Origin: Botryllus schlosseri
Taxonomy: Eukaryota
Direction of reading: 5' to 3'
Length of the DNA: 64,000 nt
NCBI GenBank assembly: GCA_051294905.1
Contig: CM119371.1
Location: forward strand, 17,858,001 to 17,922,000
In this document: positions 62,513 to 64,000 of the stretch, piece after piece
Numbering within the stretch: the first letter of the stretch is position 1
Layout: every line of letters starts with the position of its first letter
Notes under the pieces: generated by a model
What the model saw: the letters and a program-made list of their open reading frames with translations, nothing else
Database searches by the model: none
What the model was told of the DNA's origin: nothing
Made by a program: the position numbers and the translations under genes

Positions 62513-63965
62513 CTGGAAAACCATTGTTATGGTCAATTGAATGTATATTTGTTAGATACTACTGCTCTATATATTCGTATGCAATTAAGCAACAAATGTC
62601 ATATTCCATTATGTGACGCAGTCAGAAATGACACTCGAGTTATAAGGCTCAAAGTATTGAAATTTATCAGGCCCGAATCGAGTCCGCAGACAATTATTTT
62701 GTATGTTACTAATAGTTCATCTTCGCTTAAATAGTCACAGAAATAGCATTTGATAAGAGTTTTCGTATAGTGTCACAAAGGAGGTAAATCTAGCTTCACG
62801 GAAAATCCTCAAACGTTCGGTTTCCGCATTGACCAGACCAGTTGTTCCCAACGTGGGCGATATCGTCTCTCAGTGGGTGATTTTGAGAAAAAAGGGGTCG
62901 AAAATACGAAAGGGGGCGAGAAGGGCGGGAATTTTAAAACGTCAAGTGAGATATATTTAATTTACACTCAGAAAACGCACGTGAAGACGACTTATTCTGC
63001 ATATGACGCGAAAAATAGTCAACTAAACGGAAAGTAGACGCGGAACCCAGATTTTCCGAGCACCTATCGCTTCAAAACATTGCATATTCTATTAAATTCG
63101 CCAGCGATCAGATTTAGGTGAATAAATTTCCCGTTTATATGTCCTCTTTTGCGGATCCGCAATTATACGAGCGAAAATTTGTGTTGAAATTGATAAAGGG
63201 GCGACGAGTCGAAAAAGGTTGGGAAACACACGGCTATAGATCATATCGTAGAACCGTCACACGCAACTCATGTCAGGAATCAGGTCTCACATCATTTCAT
63301 TAGTCATTCGTGTTAGATGAGAAGACATATCTTGCAATTGTGAAAGTATACTCATAGCCACATACAACTGACGACCTGACGCGTTCGTCCATGAAATTCA
63401 CTTTTTTAACAAATAAACCGGAGTACTTTTCACGCCATTTATTTTTGACATCTCCTTGAAGAAGCTTGAGCATCTATTGTAAATGGCGGCGTGTACACCC
63501 CATTGAGTATCAATTTACGATATCATCTCTGCATCTGCTGGAGTAGCAATGCTGACTGCTTTGACCGCATCTACACTCAACTCCAACTGGTATATGAGAG
63601 TGAAGTGGCTATAGTACCCCAAACCGTGGACGTTGCCATACATGACCAAGTAATGAATTACTGCGATGTCTTTGTACGACGATGTATAGTTGCATTGATT
63701 TCAGGTTATTGCTATTTCAGCCTTAAAGTGTGTTATAAATGTTTTCAAGATCCTCAAGTTGTGCTCGTAAACATTTGCCCACCGATGTTTTGATCGATAT
63801 GGATTATCACACCTTTATATATAGGACCAAACTTTATGGCGTCCGTAGCTGTGCCTTAGTAAAGTTAACCATACATTTGCATTCACGGGATTCGAATTTG
63901 GTGAAATTCAAATTACGGTTGGAGGACTTGCATATTATTGTTACTCCCGTAAAAGTATATTTCAC

Positions 63966-64000
63966 CTGAAATATTGCAGGTAAGCGGTGTCGTTGCGATC
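63966..64000 (-). CDS. GT10 fucosyltransferase copy 2, 3' end of catalytic exon (truncated by window edge)
   Basis: Identical to 11335-11369 (DRNDTAYLQYF), with the same gtgaaa donor. Confidence 0.88.

Larger units (their letters stand above)
49033..64000 (+). repeat. Segmental duplication, copy 2 (with extra sequence at 50082-57310 and about 58285-60775)
   Basis: Direct-orientation match to 6174-11369; homology continues to the window end. Confidence 0.93.

Overview
This is eukaryotic, AT-rich, very repeat-dense genomic DNA from an animal. The fucosyltransferase style (CGGC motif, C-terminal CQICRFLHG) suggests an ascidian/tunicate, which is an inference. The only host gene I can build is a minus-strand, spliced alpha-1,3/4-fucosyltransferase (GT10), present twice. 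Copy 1 has five linked exons from 31458 to 9606, and its CGGC exon is split by a 6.4-kb EnSpm/CACTA-like transposon. Copy 2 (last exon 62512-62248, previous exon running off the window end) lies in a diverged direct duplication of about 6174-11369 at about 49033-64000. The rest is largely mobile DNA: a full-length I/Nimb-type LINE with an open 1256-aa EN-RT-RNase H ORF2 nested in a hAT element, R4/Dong-like endonuclease fragments, a 5'-inverted Penelope fragment with a minimal hammerhead ribozyme, spliced relics of SAMD3-like, DUF4806-like and P/THAP9-like genes, tRNA-derived SINEs, a probable solo LTR, a 60-bp minisatellite and many nested hAT MITEs with 8-bp TSDs. All calls come from manual reading and translation; no database search was run. 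The 5' exons of the fucosyltransferase (start codon, membrane anchor) were not located.
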